From Halocafeteria seosinensis (taxonomy: Eukaryota), in the NCBI GenBank assembly GCA_001687465.1, contig LVLI01000251.1, forward strand, positions 62,001-126,000: a DNA stretch of 64,000 nucleotides, read 5' to 3'. The position numbers were made by a program, and so were the translations under genes. Under the pieces are notes generated by a model, which saw nothing but the letters and a program-made list of their open reading frames with translations, was not told the origin of the DNA and ran no database searches. Positions 13,756-26,207 of the stretch are shown piece after piece. Each line of letters starts with the position of its first letter. Positions within the stretch are counted from its first letter, which is position 1.

Positions 13756-14380
13756 TACAGAGTAGAATATACCACCGAGGAGATTACGAGAATTCCTTCA
13801 ATTCTTCCAAAACTTGCCACTCCTCCTAGTCTAGAACGAGGGACTGTATGGCGACGACAGTAGATGTGAATGAACTGTGAATAATACGGAGACGGACAAA
13901 TTAATGCAGTAGTCTTATAGATGCTCCAGTTACGGAAAGGTCAAAGGAAGAGAACCCACTGACCACTGATAACTGACAAGCATTCCGATTTCTGGAATTC
14001 CTTTCGTATTCAAGATACATACTGGTGCAACTATCTCATCTACGCAGCGTATATGGGCCATAACTTACAGATAAATTCAGCAGGATAATTTCACTGTTTT
14101 TGGATATATTATAGATTGAGAAACGGAACCCAAAGTGTACCGCACTTGGTCGAGCTAGTTTGCTGCGTGAGAGCATGCAGGCCGAATTCAGCGTATTGGC
14201 AAGCTGCGAATATCAGACTTCGAGCCTATTTAATAAATCGTATTGCGAATGAATGCGGTCAGAGACATAGTGAAGGAAAACTCCGTAAAGTAAAAGTTCA
14301 GCTACAACAGTTTCAGGCTGAATTCTCGTCGATTCTCACCGAGAATTCCTTTCATTTATTATCACCTTAGCAAAGGCACT

Positions 14381-15806
14381 ATGACAGAACCCTACGACTC
14401 CGAATCTTCATTAACGCCTTACGAATCAGAACGGAGAGTCCAGCGAAGTCTACACTACTCATTTGGAAGCCATGGAGGCAGGCAAGAAAGAAGAACTCAC
14501 GGAGAGAAAGAAGAATTTGGTCATTTTCATTACCGTAGATTATCTGCTGCAAGCTCTATTCAGCGGCAATTTACTGATAGGGGACAGCAAACCACTAATT
14601 TACCCACTGATGTTAGTTCTAATAGAGGGGAGCATCGCAGTTGTATTGTTTCGGATGACGCACTACGCATTTGTGGGAATTCCAGCTCTCAAGCACAAAC
14701 GGAGGTAAGATATACTTCCCACGTGACGATGATTAGGCATGATTAGTGAAATTTTTACTTCTGGCGTTGTCTTCTTTGCGAATACGTGGCTCTCATGCGC
14801 AGGCGTCTTCATCAGCTCAAGAATTAGCTACCGTGAACGAAGTGCCGCGAGTTTCGCCGCCTGTAAGATATACGGGGATATCAGAAACGACTATCGCTTT
14901 ACTAGGAGAGGTGGGTCAACGTCTCTTTGCACATAACAAACAGTATGATAATAATTAAGTATGCGATGCTCCAAAACAGATTGATTACTTACATAGAAGA
15001 GGTGAACGCAAGTCGAAATCGCGGAAACGGTCGCGTCATGATTCCGTCAAGTCCTCAATGAAGTCAAGTCCAGATCCAAACTCTCGAAGAGATGACGTAA
15101 GCCATAGCATAGGTGACAACGCGCTCATACGACCCTAATCATTTCTCATGTACAGACAATGGACGATGAACCCAATCCTGCTAGCGATAAACAGGCTGAT
15201 GTCCAATTGCAACAAAGATTGGAGAGAATGGAAGAAAAGATAGACAAGTTGACTGAGTACGTAAGTGTCTTTTCTTACGGAAGTCAACAACGATATGATC
15301 CAGTGTCTCAGAAGACACCCCAACGCGAGACAGCAGAAGGTAAGCCCTTGCTTTCCGCCCTTGCTGAGTTGAAATAACCGATTTCATTCAAGTGTGTGAT
15401 AGTAGACCGGAATACCGGATCTGTAAATACAGATGAAGTGGAGACGTCCGTACCAAACTCGTCCTTTTCCTCGTCCTCCGCGTCAACTCATCAACGGAGC
15501 CAACGAGAAGAATATCTAGAAAGATACACTCAAGAACTGCGTAACATAATCAGGGACCTGATCTCAGAGAACGCTCAAGTAAGTGTCGAGTCAGCGAGAA
15601 GTCGCAAGAAGCTAAATGTTACCGGCAAATCGGCAATCTCGCAATCTGATTTCTCCTTGACAGATGCGTACGCAGCGAGAAAGGGCGGAAGAACTCAACA
15701 AGGAAAATGAAGAGCTTCGAAATGCTTGTAACCAGTTGTATTTGATATACCGCTGCGTTACTCAATCAGGTTCATGAAGTTTGAAGAGGTTGTTATTCCT
15801 GATTAA
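14381..15806 (+). CDS. Hypothetical low-complexity/coiled-coil protein (about 6-7 exons; 3' end uncertain)
   Basis: Successive exons join in frame through canonical GT-AG introns (donors near 14705, 14911, 15097, 15340, 15579). Coiled-coil-like segments LQQRLERMEEKIDKL and RERAEELNKENEELRN. Confidence 0.55.
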
Positions 15807-16194
15807 CCGATTAAGCGGGGAGGGCGAGTTCTTCCGGGTGACACTATCACGGATTATTGTCTTCTACGAAAAGATTACCCGAAGGTTCCCGCACAGTAGC
15901 CGTGGACTCCGTGGAGTGATCACTGATCCGTGGAGGCACGTATCCATCAGGGCTTTTGCAAGTTAGAATTGCCCACTGTTTCAATAAGCACTTGAATTTC
16001 CAGCTATTAGTATGAGTTCTATAGACGTCAACGAAAGCATAGAACTGACCCCAGCTAATAACAGCTTTCAAGCACCTTTGAGATTGTCACATCAACAGAA
16101 AGCCGAGAAGCAGCAACGCGCTATGTGTAACAGTAATTGTGTATGATAAGTCATTATTCGTTTGAATGTGCTTTCTGTTTGCCACAAAACTAGC

Positions 16195-17658
16195 CTAGAA
16201 AAACTGCAGTAAAATCAAGAGCGCCAGTATTGCAAGTAGAAAGAGTGTTCTCTCCCGGCTCGAGAGGTGCTCATTTGTGGTACTTGTATTCTCTTGAGGG
16301 CTACGAAACTTCGACGAGCAGCGAGACTGTTTGATAGCGTGATTTCTAGGTAGTGGCTGAGATACACCGCTCGACCCGTGACTCCAATCGCCAAGTAGCA
16401 TCCCTCCTATGCCTTGGAGCAATCGTCCCAATGTAGAGGGGTTTCTGGTATCTCTTTGATTGGCACTCTCTGCGCGACTTGTCTCGCTTTCTCCAAAAAC
16501 ACGGGATGACCTGCTAGCCGCATTGCTAGAACCATGTTTCGAACTGTTCAACCTTAAGTACAGCCCTAAGCCGTCCTTATTATTATCATTTGTAAGACTC
16601 TCGGCTGATCTCCCAGCGGGTGCCTTTGATTCATGCCCTGTGTTCGCTTGTGTAGTGGCAGTTTCATGCACAGCTCTCCCCTGTCCCGAGCTCTGTTCAG
16701 GAGAGGTTTCTTTGCCGCCCTTCGTAGCTTTTGTATTAGCATTCCTTACAAGCCCTTTAGTCATTGTCCCGTCTTCGCTGGTTCGGATGTTACCAGCTGT
16801 TGCTGCGCCTCCAACAGCTATTGCATTAGAGTGTTGGTGAACCCCGGAGGTTGCGGGGATTGTTGCTTGTTTAGGATCATTTCCATTATATATAGCGGAA
16901 AGGATTGCGTTCAGATGGTTCAAATCCCTCTGATTTGCGGATCGATCGAGGCGACAGGAGTACATGCCCGGTGCTTGGACCCTGTGTTGTATACAACTGT
17001 CAAGCTTCCCTTGGAAAGCCTTCTTATAAGCTTCAATGCGGTTGTCCTCTTCAAGAATTTTCTGTAAACGCTCCCGAAAATATTCACGCGCACTCTCATG
17101 TTCAACTGGTATCGCATAGCACTTGGCAGCCATGTGGCGTAGGCTGAGATTCTCTAAGAATTGGCTATACCTCCGGACCTTTGGGTTTTCGCTTTCCTCG
17201 AAACCGGGCTCGCATTGTAAAGGATGATGCTCGTTCAAAAGTGTTTGTATGCTTTGGGCTCTGTGAAAAGGAACGAAGCACAGGATATCGCAAAAAGACA
17301 GATGCCAACCAATCACTAAGTGTACTTACACGTGGTGCAATGTCATTGACATTGTCCAGCCAGGGCCACCAAACGTACCAAGAATGGATAAGCATACTTT
17401 TCCGCCCACGTAGGCGTTCGGATGAATTCGGTTCTTGTCTACTGAAATGAACTTAAACCGCGGAGGTTCCTCCGGGTACTTATTTCCCAATTCGAAGGTG
17501 AAGAAAAAGGGTGTAGGTCCATATCGGCTCTCTGGGTTGCTGAGTACCATAATGTATCCCGTCCTATCGTCATTGTAGTACATATATGTGGTGTCATCTT
17601 GCTCGAACTGGTGAATGGATCGCTTCAAATTGGCGAGGAAAATCCTTGCTTGACTCAT
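16195..17658 (-). CDS. Ubiquitin-conjugating enzyme (UBE2Z/BIRC6-like UBC domain) with long linker and C-terminal transmembrane tail (2 exons)
   Basis: YPEEPPRF...RIHPNAYVGGKVCLSILGT (active-site Cys), GPGW, SIQTLL..PLQCEPGFE. The C-terminus TLFLLAILALLILLQFF* is hydrophobic. Confidence 0.85.
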
Positions 17659-17977
17659 TTTCTTGTTATATAGAATGACGCACAAAAAATATTCGCTTTT
17701 GCCTCCCAAATTTGACCCTAGAAAACGTCGAAGTTGGTGCCATATCAATCCAATTGACGCCTGCTAAAGACATGCGAGTCCACTTCTTACGGACGAGTGA
17801 GAAAATTCTCACGCTTTTCACTTCACAAATCCACTTGAGGACGAAGCAGTGATTGGTGTTGAAGAAGGAAATGGAAGAGAGCATATACCAAAGTGGAACG
17901 TTGCGTTCCTGAATGGAATCAGCAGCTGGTCAGAGAATGTACAGTATGGAGGATCGTTGTCAATTATGTGCAGAGAC

Positions 17978-19738
17978 TCATGCCTCATCACCTATACAAT
18001 GTCTGCACCAAAACACACCTTCAGGGTCCCAGCGATTTTTGATTTTTAGTAGGTCCCCGTAGTTGCTTCCCCAGTACCGTTCTGTCCAATTAACCATGTT
18101 GTACGCGCTTTCGGAAAAGTAAGAGTTCGAGCCAAGGGAATAGTACTGTTGAGTGATTGTGGAGTTCCAATATCCAAATATAAAATGGAAGAGACTTGTC
18201 CTGAATCCACTGCTGATAGATACATTCGGGTTTTGAGGGGAATCTGTGTTTCCCGTAATATCAGTATACAATTGCTGAATCTCGCAGATACCTTCATTCG
18301 GGCAATCGTTTAGCCGGTTCTTAAGCAAAGAACTCAAGTCTCCGTTGGCGACTACATCTCTTCCCACAAAGACCGAAGGTAATCCTCCTGGGCTATTGCC
18401 TTCTGGTGCCAGCCAAGGGTTGGGGTGGATTGGTTCAAGCTCATAGTTCTTTACCAGATCCCACCACTCAGTATACTGAGCCATATACTGGCGTCCACCA
18501 GAAACAGATTCAGTGATATTCTTCCAAGTGTCATTGGCTTCAGCATTTGAGCCCAAAAACACATATTGCAGCACAAAAGTCCAATTACCTCCACACTGTG
18601 CTGATGACGAGGTACGTGGTGTTATAAATGCTAGTCCGCTCCAGGGCTTGTCCAAACGAAGCGCCCAGTTCAGGTAGTCATCAATAAGGTTGTGAAGATC
18701 TTGCTTGCCAGATGAGCACATCGAGCCACTCCATGTAGCTCGTGCAAGTGTAAAGCCTGATTCCGGATTCTTGTGGGCCCTTACCGTCAATGCTGTGATG
18801 ATTCCCCAAGTGGAGCCTCCCCCACCCCGGAGTGCCCAAAAGAGATCAGAATTCTCTTTGGAATTAGCGATGACTGAGGTTCCATTGGCGGTAACAATTT
18901 CGACTTCCAGAATATTGTCGACACCCAATCCGGCAGAGGGGGCAAAAGGTCCATGCCCCCCTCCAACGCTCCATCCGAGAATACCAACTGTAACGGCCCA
19001 TCCGGAAGAAATAAATCGATCATGTTGGCTAGCAGACTGCTGGAGCTCACTAAACGTGACACCTGGTCCCACTCGCACACTGCCGCCTTCAGTTCCAAAT
19101 CCTCTGGTATCATTAGGATCCCATTTAAACGACTTCATCAGCGTAGTACGTATCATAACTCCTTGGTCACAGCTGTGCCGATTCAAAAACTCATGACCTT
19201 CCCCGGCGACCATAATACACATGTTGTGGCGCAGAGCAAAATTGACAGCAGTTTGCACTTGCTCTGCATTGATTGGCCAGACCACCAATCCGGGGCTCCA
19301 ATTCTCCATAGGATTGTTCCGGACAGCGGCGAGACAAATAGGTCGACTTTCGGTTCCGTTCAGAAAGCAGGGCAGTCCGGCAGTGGAGCCGTCCCCGCTG
19401 TACACGGCATCCATTCCATCCTTTCCAAAGCCATATAGCGGCTGTTGATTTCGAGAGCCCACGGGAACCGCACAGGGCCTCGGATAGGAACTTCCTTTCC
19501 AATAAAGTGCCCTGTTGATGTTCCCGGATCCCAGGGTCTGGTTCAATTGGGCAATTTCCTCCTGTGTCGGCCAACATGGTTCACCACGGCGGCAGTGCGC
19601 GATTGTAGCGTCATTGCACTGGGGAAGAGAGACCGTAATAATCAGTAGCAGTAGTACCTTGGCGAGGAAACAGCGACGTGGTTGCTGAGAGTGGGAGTCC
19701 TGGGAATTCGTCCAGGTAGGTCGCAGGATCTCCAGCAT
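17978..19738 (-). CDS. Secreted or anchored FAD-linked oxidoreductase (berberine-bridge-enzyme-like, FAD-binding PCMH plus BBE domain), intronless
   Basis: VAGEGHE (FAD-attachment His), TVGILGWSVGGGHG, GLGVDNILEVEIVTANG, DLFWALRGGGGSTWGII, YWGSNYGDLLKIKNRWDPEGVF. Hydrophobic N-terminal segment. The ORF is open to 19909, so the start is uncertain. Confidence 0.9.
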   Translation of the reverse strand: MLEILRPTWTNSQDSHSQQPRRCFLAKVLLLLIITVSLPQCNDATIAHCRRGEPCWPTQEEIAQLNQTLGSGNINRALYWKGSSYPRPCAVPVGSRNQQPLYGFGKDGMDAVYSGDGSTAGLPCFLNGTESRPICLAAVRNNPMENWSPGLVVWPINAEQVQTAVNFALRHNMCIMVAGEGHEFLNRHSCDQGVMIRTTLMKSFKWDPNDTRGFGTEGGSVRVGPGVTFSELQQSASQHDRFISSGWAVTVGILGWSVGGGHGPFAPSAGLGVDNILEVEIVTANGTSVIANSKENSDLFWALRGGGGSTWGIITALTVRAHKNPESGFTLARATWSGSMCSSGKQDLHNLIDDYLNWALRLDKPWSGLAFITPRTSSSAQCGGNWTFVLQYVFLGSNAEANDTWKNITESVSGGRQYMAQYTEWWDLVKNYELEPIHPNPWLAPEGNSPGGLPSVFVGRDVVANGDLSSLLKNRLNDCPNEGICEIQQLYTDITGNTDSPQNPNVSISSGFRTSLFHFIFGYWNSTITQQYYSLGSNSYFSESAYNMVNWTERYWGSNYGDLLKIKNRWDPEGVFWCRHCIGDEA

Positions 19739-20488
19739 CGTCCTCACTTTCCCAGGGTCCAGCGGCAGATATGCGCTTTTCCAAGACGGGTTTGAGCTTG
19801 CCAGAAAACGACAGAGCAATTGCGCACCAAACCGTGTGTGTTGATAGAGTGAATACAACACGCCAGTGGAGGCAGATGAAACTCTGCACAAAGCAATCTT
19901 TACTTGCACTTAACGAAGACATGCAGAAGAAGTTCCGCTACCGTAGTTGTTTGTCGCCCAGCCGAGGAAAAAACTGAGAACGAATGTAAAGCCAAAGAAG
20001 AGACTGTAGGAAGCATAAATGTGAAGTGCACTTCTTTCGGGCTGCGGGAGCAACGTGATACACAGTTTGCTGGAAATAAGCTTCGTTGTGTGTGTTCTTT
20101 GTACAGAGAATACCCCGGTACATGTGGTACAGTGGTCAGAGCATGGTATAAAAAGCTACAGTCTAAACTCAGGATCGAGCTACAACAGTAGCAAAGTCAA
20201 GAGCAGCAGGAAATACAACGTCATCCTTTCACTTAAGTTGGGTAATTGCAGGCCAGACTGGAACATATACCAGGTAGCTGAGATGAAGCTGAAACGGACG
20301 CAGTACATTAAAAATCATCAACACTTGCATATCAGACTAACGTGTGGAGGATGAACGCGCTCTGGATAGGCATGTGTTTATTAGTGACACCAAACATGTA
20401 ATACCATTCGAGCTAATTCAGCACATCGTCATGAATCTATTAGCCAAGGGATCATGGTTGTGCCACAGACACGTATTCTAGCTGTAAG

Positions 20489-21560
20489 TTAGACGGCAAA
20501 GCCAGGTCGCGGAGCATACTCACAGTCAGATTGCTGCACCGATGTCAAAAACGTAACCACTAACTTTTAGCAAACTTTAAAGAATTGATCGATGTTAAGT
20601 AGCGTACCTGATAAACTGGATAAGGCTTATTCAAAGGATTCGTGAACCCGTGTTGATTAAGCCAGTTGAGAACATCGCTTTCGTATTTTTGACGGAACTC
20701 CTGAGGATCCCGTGCAAGGACAAACAACGACAGTTGGAAACCATCTGAGACAACAGCATAGGAGTAAAGATTCTCATGTCCATAATTCTGGGGACCAAGA
20801 TTCACGATCCTGCAAAATTGTGCCCATAATTCCAACTGTTAATTACCGCGAGCTCTTAACCAAACTTTTTGACTTACCAATAAGGAGCCGGGAAGGGTGC
20901 TCCTCCAAATAGAACAACTTTGAGCTTGGCCGGCTCACTAGAATCGGGCTGAGAGCAGCAAGAAGCAAAGGCGTTCCACAATAAGCTCGAACGTCAGCGG
21001 TAGTTGCTACTACTTACCTGATAAGCGTACCCTCGAATGCTGTTGAGCGGTCCATGTGGACCATTGTCGCGCTGAGCATTGTACACAGATACACTCCCGT
21101 TACTGAAGAGTCCGTAGTCTGTACCGCATTGGAGGTTGTTTCGACAATCCACGATTTCAGATGATGAGGCTAGTGGGGGTAGCAGCGAAGATGAATCGAT
21201 GACTCACCCGCAGTCAAACAAGTTCCGTTTTTCTCGAAGGTCGCGTTCTGAAGGATGTTGTCATACATTTGGTACCACCGTCCCAAGTACTTTGTCACAT
21301 TCAGAGCTGCAAACCAGGCGGTGCAAACATACAGTGAAATAACTCGTCGAACACTTCTCCCAAGATGCAATTCCATTCCGCACGGGAAGGGTGTGACGTG
21401 GTATTCATTGCATTCACTTACATGGCACAGGGTCAATTTTGAGGCCATTCTGGTACTCTTGAATCAGTTTTGAAGGGTCTCTTAAACTGAGAGCAGTTGC
21501 ACATGAAAACGTGGTGGCCAGAATGGCCGCCACGAAGCCAATTCCAACGGAACCTCGCAT
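20489..21560 (-). CDS. Secreted lipocalin (ApoD/Blc-like), about 6 exons
   Basis: Signal peptide MRGSVGIGFVAAILATTFSC; SCR1 LNVTKYLGRWYQ; CLTA/DY, PAKLKV, APY/WIV, YSYAVVSD and LFVLAR (SCR3). Confidence 0.88.
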
Positions 21561-22173
21561 GGTTAGTTTGTTCTCTAGAGAGATATTGAGTGTATGATCG
21601 ACGAAAACACCAAAACACGTATCACGACGCAAGTTTGTTGCTTTCGCTTTATCAATATGTTCTGATCGCTTTTGTTTGGGGACAACTAAACGTTGCTCGA
21701 AGGCTTAACTATTCAGTTTCCGCGCAAGAATCCGAAAGTCAGGTTGACAACTTAGTTACTGGCAACTTGCCAGTGGCAAGAAGTGAGGTGAGTCACTGTG
21801 ACTCAGTCTGTGAATGGTGATACACTGAAGTGTATACTTCCACCTAGCATCAAAGCAATGTACAGCTTCGATATCGCAAGCAAGTTAGTCGCTAGACTAG
21901 ATACTTGGAGTAGGACAATAGTAAAAAGCAGAGTCTTCTTCATTTAGTTGAGGACATGATGTAAAACCAATCTACGACACGTAACTATAACCCATTTCAG
22001 CATTGTTCCTCTCCTTAAAGCTGCTGAAGAGTCCCCCTTGTCTTAAATATATGTTTCAGGGTGCCACGTTGACTATACGTTTCCTATCAACAGAGACAAC
22101 TCTCTGCTTCTTTTATAGGAAGCATAGTCATTTGCAGCAAATCCATATTGCGCTTATGTCAAGACAGACCCTC

Positions 22174-25100
22174 TCAATGTTCCTGCTGGCTCACTAGATC
22201 CGGACTTAGAGCAGAAACACACTGAACAACACAAAGTGAAAGACAACTCAAGTCAAAGTGCTAAGGACGTACAGCTATCAGCAAGCGAACACATACCTGA
22301 GAAAAGGTGGCCCTTCCAGAGTTAAACGGATCTACCTGCTTTATGAGCTCATTGTATGCCTGCCGGTTGACTGATTTCGACTTTTGCGGAGCTATCGCTT
22401 GCAGAAGCTTCTCAAATTGCGCATGCGTAATGATTCCATCATTGTCATCGTCTTGTTCACGAAAGTTGGAGCGGAAGTTTCTCAGAAAATGAAGGTGACC
22501 ACGAAGCTGGAAATCCAATAGAGTCTTCAAAAATCTGTTGTACGACAATCGTTTCGGAGGTTCTCGTCGATGTTCTTCTTCATCAGACTCGTTCTGCTCA
22601 TTGCCTCTCTCACTGCTGGCAGCTATGGTCTCCAGTTGATGCATAAGCTCATTGGCATCTTCCGCTGAATACATGTATCGGACAATATCGGAGCATTCAC
22701 TTAAAGCAACATAGCCATGTATTTTCTCATCAATCATTTGAGAAATTGCATCATCAGTTTTTAGAGGATGTCTGCCTTTCAGGTGGACTTTCAAGAGTTC
22801 AGTAACCTGCGAAACGACACGCGGATCCAAATCCGAAACAGGCAAAAACAAGACAATATGTTCTTACCGTGTCTTTAAGTTGACGCTGAACAAACCGGAA
22901 ATCTTCATCAATTTCGTTGCGTAAGATACACCCAAACACACGAACGTCGTTGTCGGCTTGAGAAAAAGTGTTGACTCCGCGGATAATAGCGGCTGCATAA
23001 CTCAAAATAAGGGATCTCAAGCCGTAGCGCTGGTTCAAGTATGTGTACATATGCTGTTCTAGTGTTTCGTAGGGCAAGCGCGCTTCTTCGCATTTTGCAT
23101 CAAATCTGATTTTACTCGCATAAATGCTCTCAATGAAGTCTTTAAGCTGATTCAAAGACAAAGTCTTCGGAGGAGCTTCGTTTTGAGCTTTTCCTTGGGC
23201 TGGTTTCTCAGATTCTTCTTGTGGTTTTTGATCCTTTCGTCTGGCGCGAGCTTCAGTAGCCAAGTGGAACTCGGAATTCGAAGGGACGGAGCGCAGATTA
23301 TTCTTATCACCTGCAGCTTGATGATTATTGGTGGCATAAGTAGTAGCCGATTCTTTTCCTGCAGTTGAAGTCGGTCTCGAATGAAAACCTTGAGAAGTCT
23401 GAGGTACTTCTTGTGTCTCGTCACTAGCACGATACTCTGAGGGTATAGCATATTGCGCTGTCGTCGTTTCGTATTGAGTGGATGCTGCAGACGGCATCGC
23501 AGCGGTACCATTGATGTATTGCTGCATCCATAAAAGCCGGCTGTTTAAAGAAAACTGCACTGAGCAAGGTATGGCATAGGATTAACCTACTTCTAGTTGC
23601 TGATTGCGACGCTTGGCAGTGGCAGCTTCTTGTTCCAAGGCTTCTGCGGCTTCTAGCAGCTGCGCAGATTCTGATTCAGCACGCGTGACATCACTCTGTG
23701 TCAGGATTAAAAGGAAGATTACTTAGACGTCGACACACAAATACAATCACAAAGATTCCAGAGAGCACATTGAAACTTACCTGTAGAGAAGAAACTTTTG
23801 ACTGATAGCATCGAACCATTTCCTTAGAGACTCTATCGTATTCATCGAATACGCCATCGTATAGCTGAGGGTCGCACATTTCAACGGTGTACAGAATATC
23901 AAACAGAGCTCCAAAATCGGGATACTTACCGCTGTAAGTCGCCGGATGGCAGCTGCCAAAGTCGGGTGTCCCATATCTTTCTCCACAAGGTCTACAAGAA
24001 GCTGCATTGCGTCATGATATCAAAACTGATTATTCCAGTCAACATCACACGACGGCATTGTTTTAAGTAGTTACTTACGCCTACACACTCGGACGGTAGC
24101 TTTCGCTTCGCTTGCAATATCTCGTTCTGTCGCAAGAATGTGTTGTTTTCCTTCTTCAAATTCGTGGATAGACCGCGCATAAGGTCGGTCATATGAGAAT
24201 CAAATCTCTCGGTCAATTCTTGCTCTTGTCGTGGTCTCCTATGTGTTCGGATGCTTTTCAAAGCACCGTAGACCAGAGCTGTGTTTTCCAAGTCTCCTTC
24301 CGATAAAGTCACATCGACAGTGTTGGAGATGTTATCATCTACGTAGGTCTGGCCCTCTGAGTGATGATGTGGCATGTTCTGTGGTACTCTTTGTTGTGTC
24401 CCCCCTGATCCGAGTTGTGACTGTTGCTGCTGCCTTCGCTGGAGACCTGGCGGGGCTGCGCCGGCTTGAACATTACTATCTTGATTCTTCGCTGCTGAGG
24501 GCAGTGATGGGACAAAGGTTGTATTAGCTGCCGCTCCGCCTGAGCCTGTAGGAGCAGGCGGTGGTGGCATATGAGAGTATCCCTTTCGCAACCCTGTTTC
24601 GGTTATACTATCTCCCTGTCCTCTTGGTTGCGCTGTTTGTGTCAATGCTTCTGGTTCATCCTCCAGTTCCACCCCATTCAGAAAGGAGAGATTCGGGAGA
24701 GCTACTACAAGCTCATCCTCTTCTTCTTCGGTCGGCATCGTCACGTACAAGTATCTCAGCTGTGGGAGTGACCGCAACCCATCCCGTACAGCACTTGCAG
24801 ACCTGGAAGCATTCACCATCCCCATAATTAATTAAATGCTGACTACAAAACAAAACAACGCCCCCTTCTTCTTGCCCGCACAGTGATACTAAGAGAAAAG
24901 AAAACTCATATTCACACTCACAGACACAAAAGCTTCTTTTTTATAGTAAATCAACCACATACCGTATAGGATTATCTCGAATATCCAATGTAATGAGCGC
25001 TCGGAAGCTCGATAGATCTTGCGGTAAAAACGTCAAACCCGTCCTGCGCATCGTCAGCGTTCTGCACATACCACCATTTCCGGTTTAAGTCACAACCGAC

Positions 25101-25388
25101 GTACAAAAAGCTAAAATGAAAAACCCCCTTATAGATTGATTGAGAGCGTAAATAAGGCCATACCTGAGGTTCTGCGCCAGATGCTCCATGGTTTTGAAGG
25201 TCTGTCTGACATCTTTAATGGGTTCATTCGACAAATCAAGCTGCAGTTGAAGCGAAATAACCACGTATGCAATGTTATCCACATGCTTGCGAGGAGGGGA
25301 AAGCATTGTATCACACATAAATCAATCAAAGACGTACCTGGGAAGGTTGATGGCCGCTACGGACCAAGACGTTTAATCGATTCGCCAT
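22174..25388 (-). CDS. LRR + coiled coil + TSNAXIP1-like helical domain + EF-hand protein (multi-exon)
   Basis: N-terminal LRRs (LDLSNEPI, LTMRRTGLTFLP, LDIRDNP) and an LRRcap-like LPNLSFLNG. Central HMYTYLNQRYGL...DNDVRVFGCILRNEIDEDF. EF-hand-like DDDNDGIITHAQF and DPFNSGRATF. Confidence 0.65.
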
Positions 25389-26207
25389 AGTTTCCCTGAC
25401 AATTCCACGTGTTAGTATCGCTTCGGAAAGGATTCAGAAGTCCCAGTTCGGATGGCGTCTCATCGGAACGTGTGTATAAACCACGTAAAAACCTCTGTAT
25501 GGTACCTAGGATTCAGTTACAGACCGGGTTTCCGGGTGGATTTCGGTACGAAATCCCGGCTGCCGGCCGGGATGCGACCAATTTCTTCATTCACTCTGAG
25601 TGCCACTCAAGTGAATCGCGCCAGAGTTGATAGAGTGTACGCCCGTATTGTGCACGCTGGTATCGAACACTTGGAGTGTCGTAAGGGCAGTAGAAACACG
25701 TTTTTGCGGCGAGGTAAGTTGCCGGACTGTTTGCCCCTTTCTTTACAGGCCATTTTATAGCGTTTATCGCGGTTTCCGAAGCCCACAACTTACATTACCA
25801 GCATAATTACCGTCCTGGCTAACGGATGGCTAATCTGGAGTACCATGGCCTCGCTGTGGGCAAGCGCATACCTCGCCCGAGGGCAGTACAGAGTGACACG
25901 TTAAGAGGGATGTCGCCTAGGGGAAGCTAAAGGGTCACAAAAAAGGTCTGGGATCTCGAACTGGGGAACTTACATGCTTTATCACGGGTGATAGAAGCTT
26001 TTCAGTGGGGGCAGGGATTTCGTTGCGGTCAATGTCCAGACTCTCGAAGAAAAGTCGATGTTTCCCAATGTGTGGAGGGGAAAGCAATTTGCCGTACATT
26101 TTCCCAATTCGCTACTTCGGGCCTGGTGATTGATTTAAAAAGAAAAACAGTTTTCATACTTTGCCGTTTACATATTTTGGACTTCTAACAGGAACTAGGG
26201 AAAAGCA

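Noticed and set aside
14463..14708. Hydrophobic ORF resembling a small membrane protein
   Set aside because: It overlaps the 14381 frame, which continues in frame through several canonical introns, so it is likely a shadow frame.
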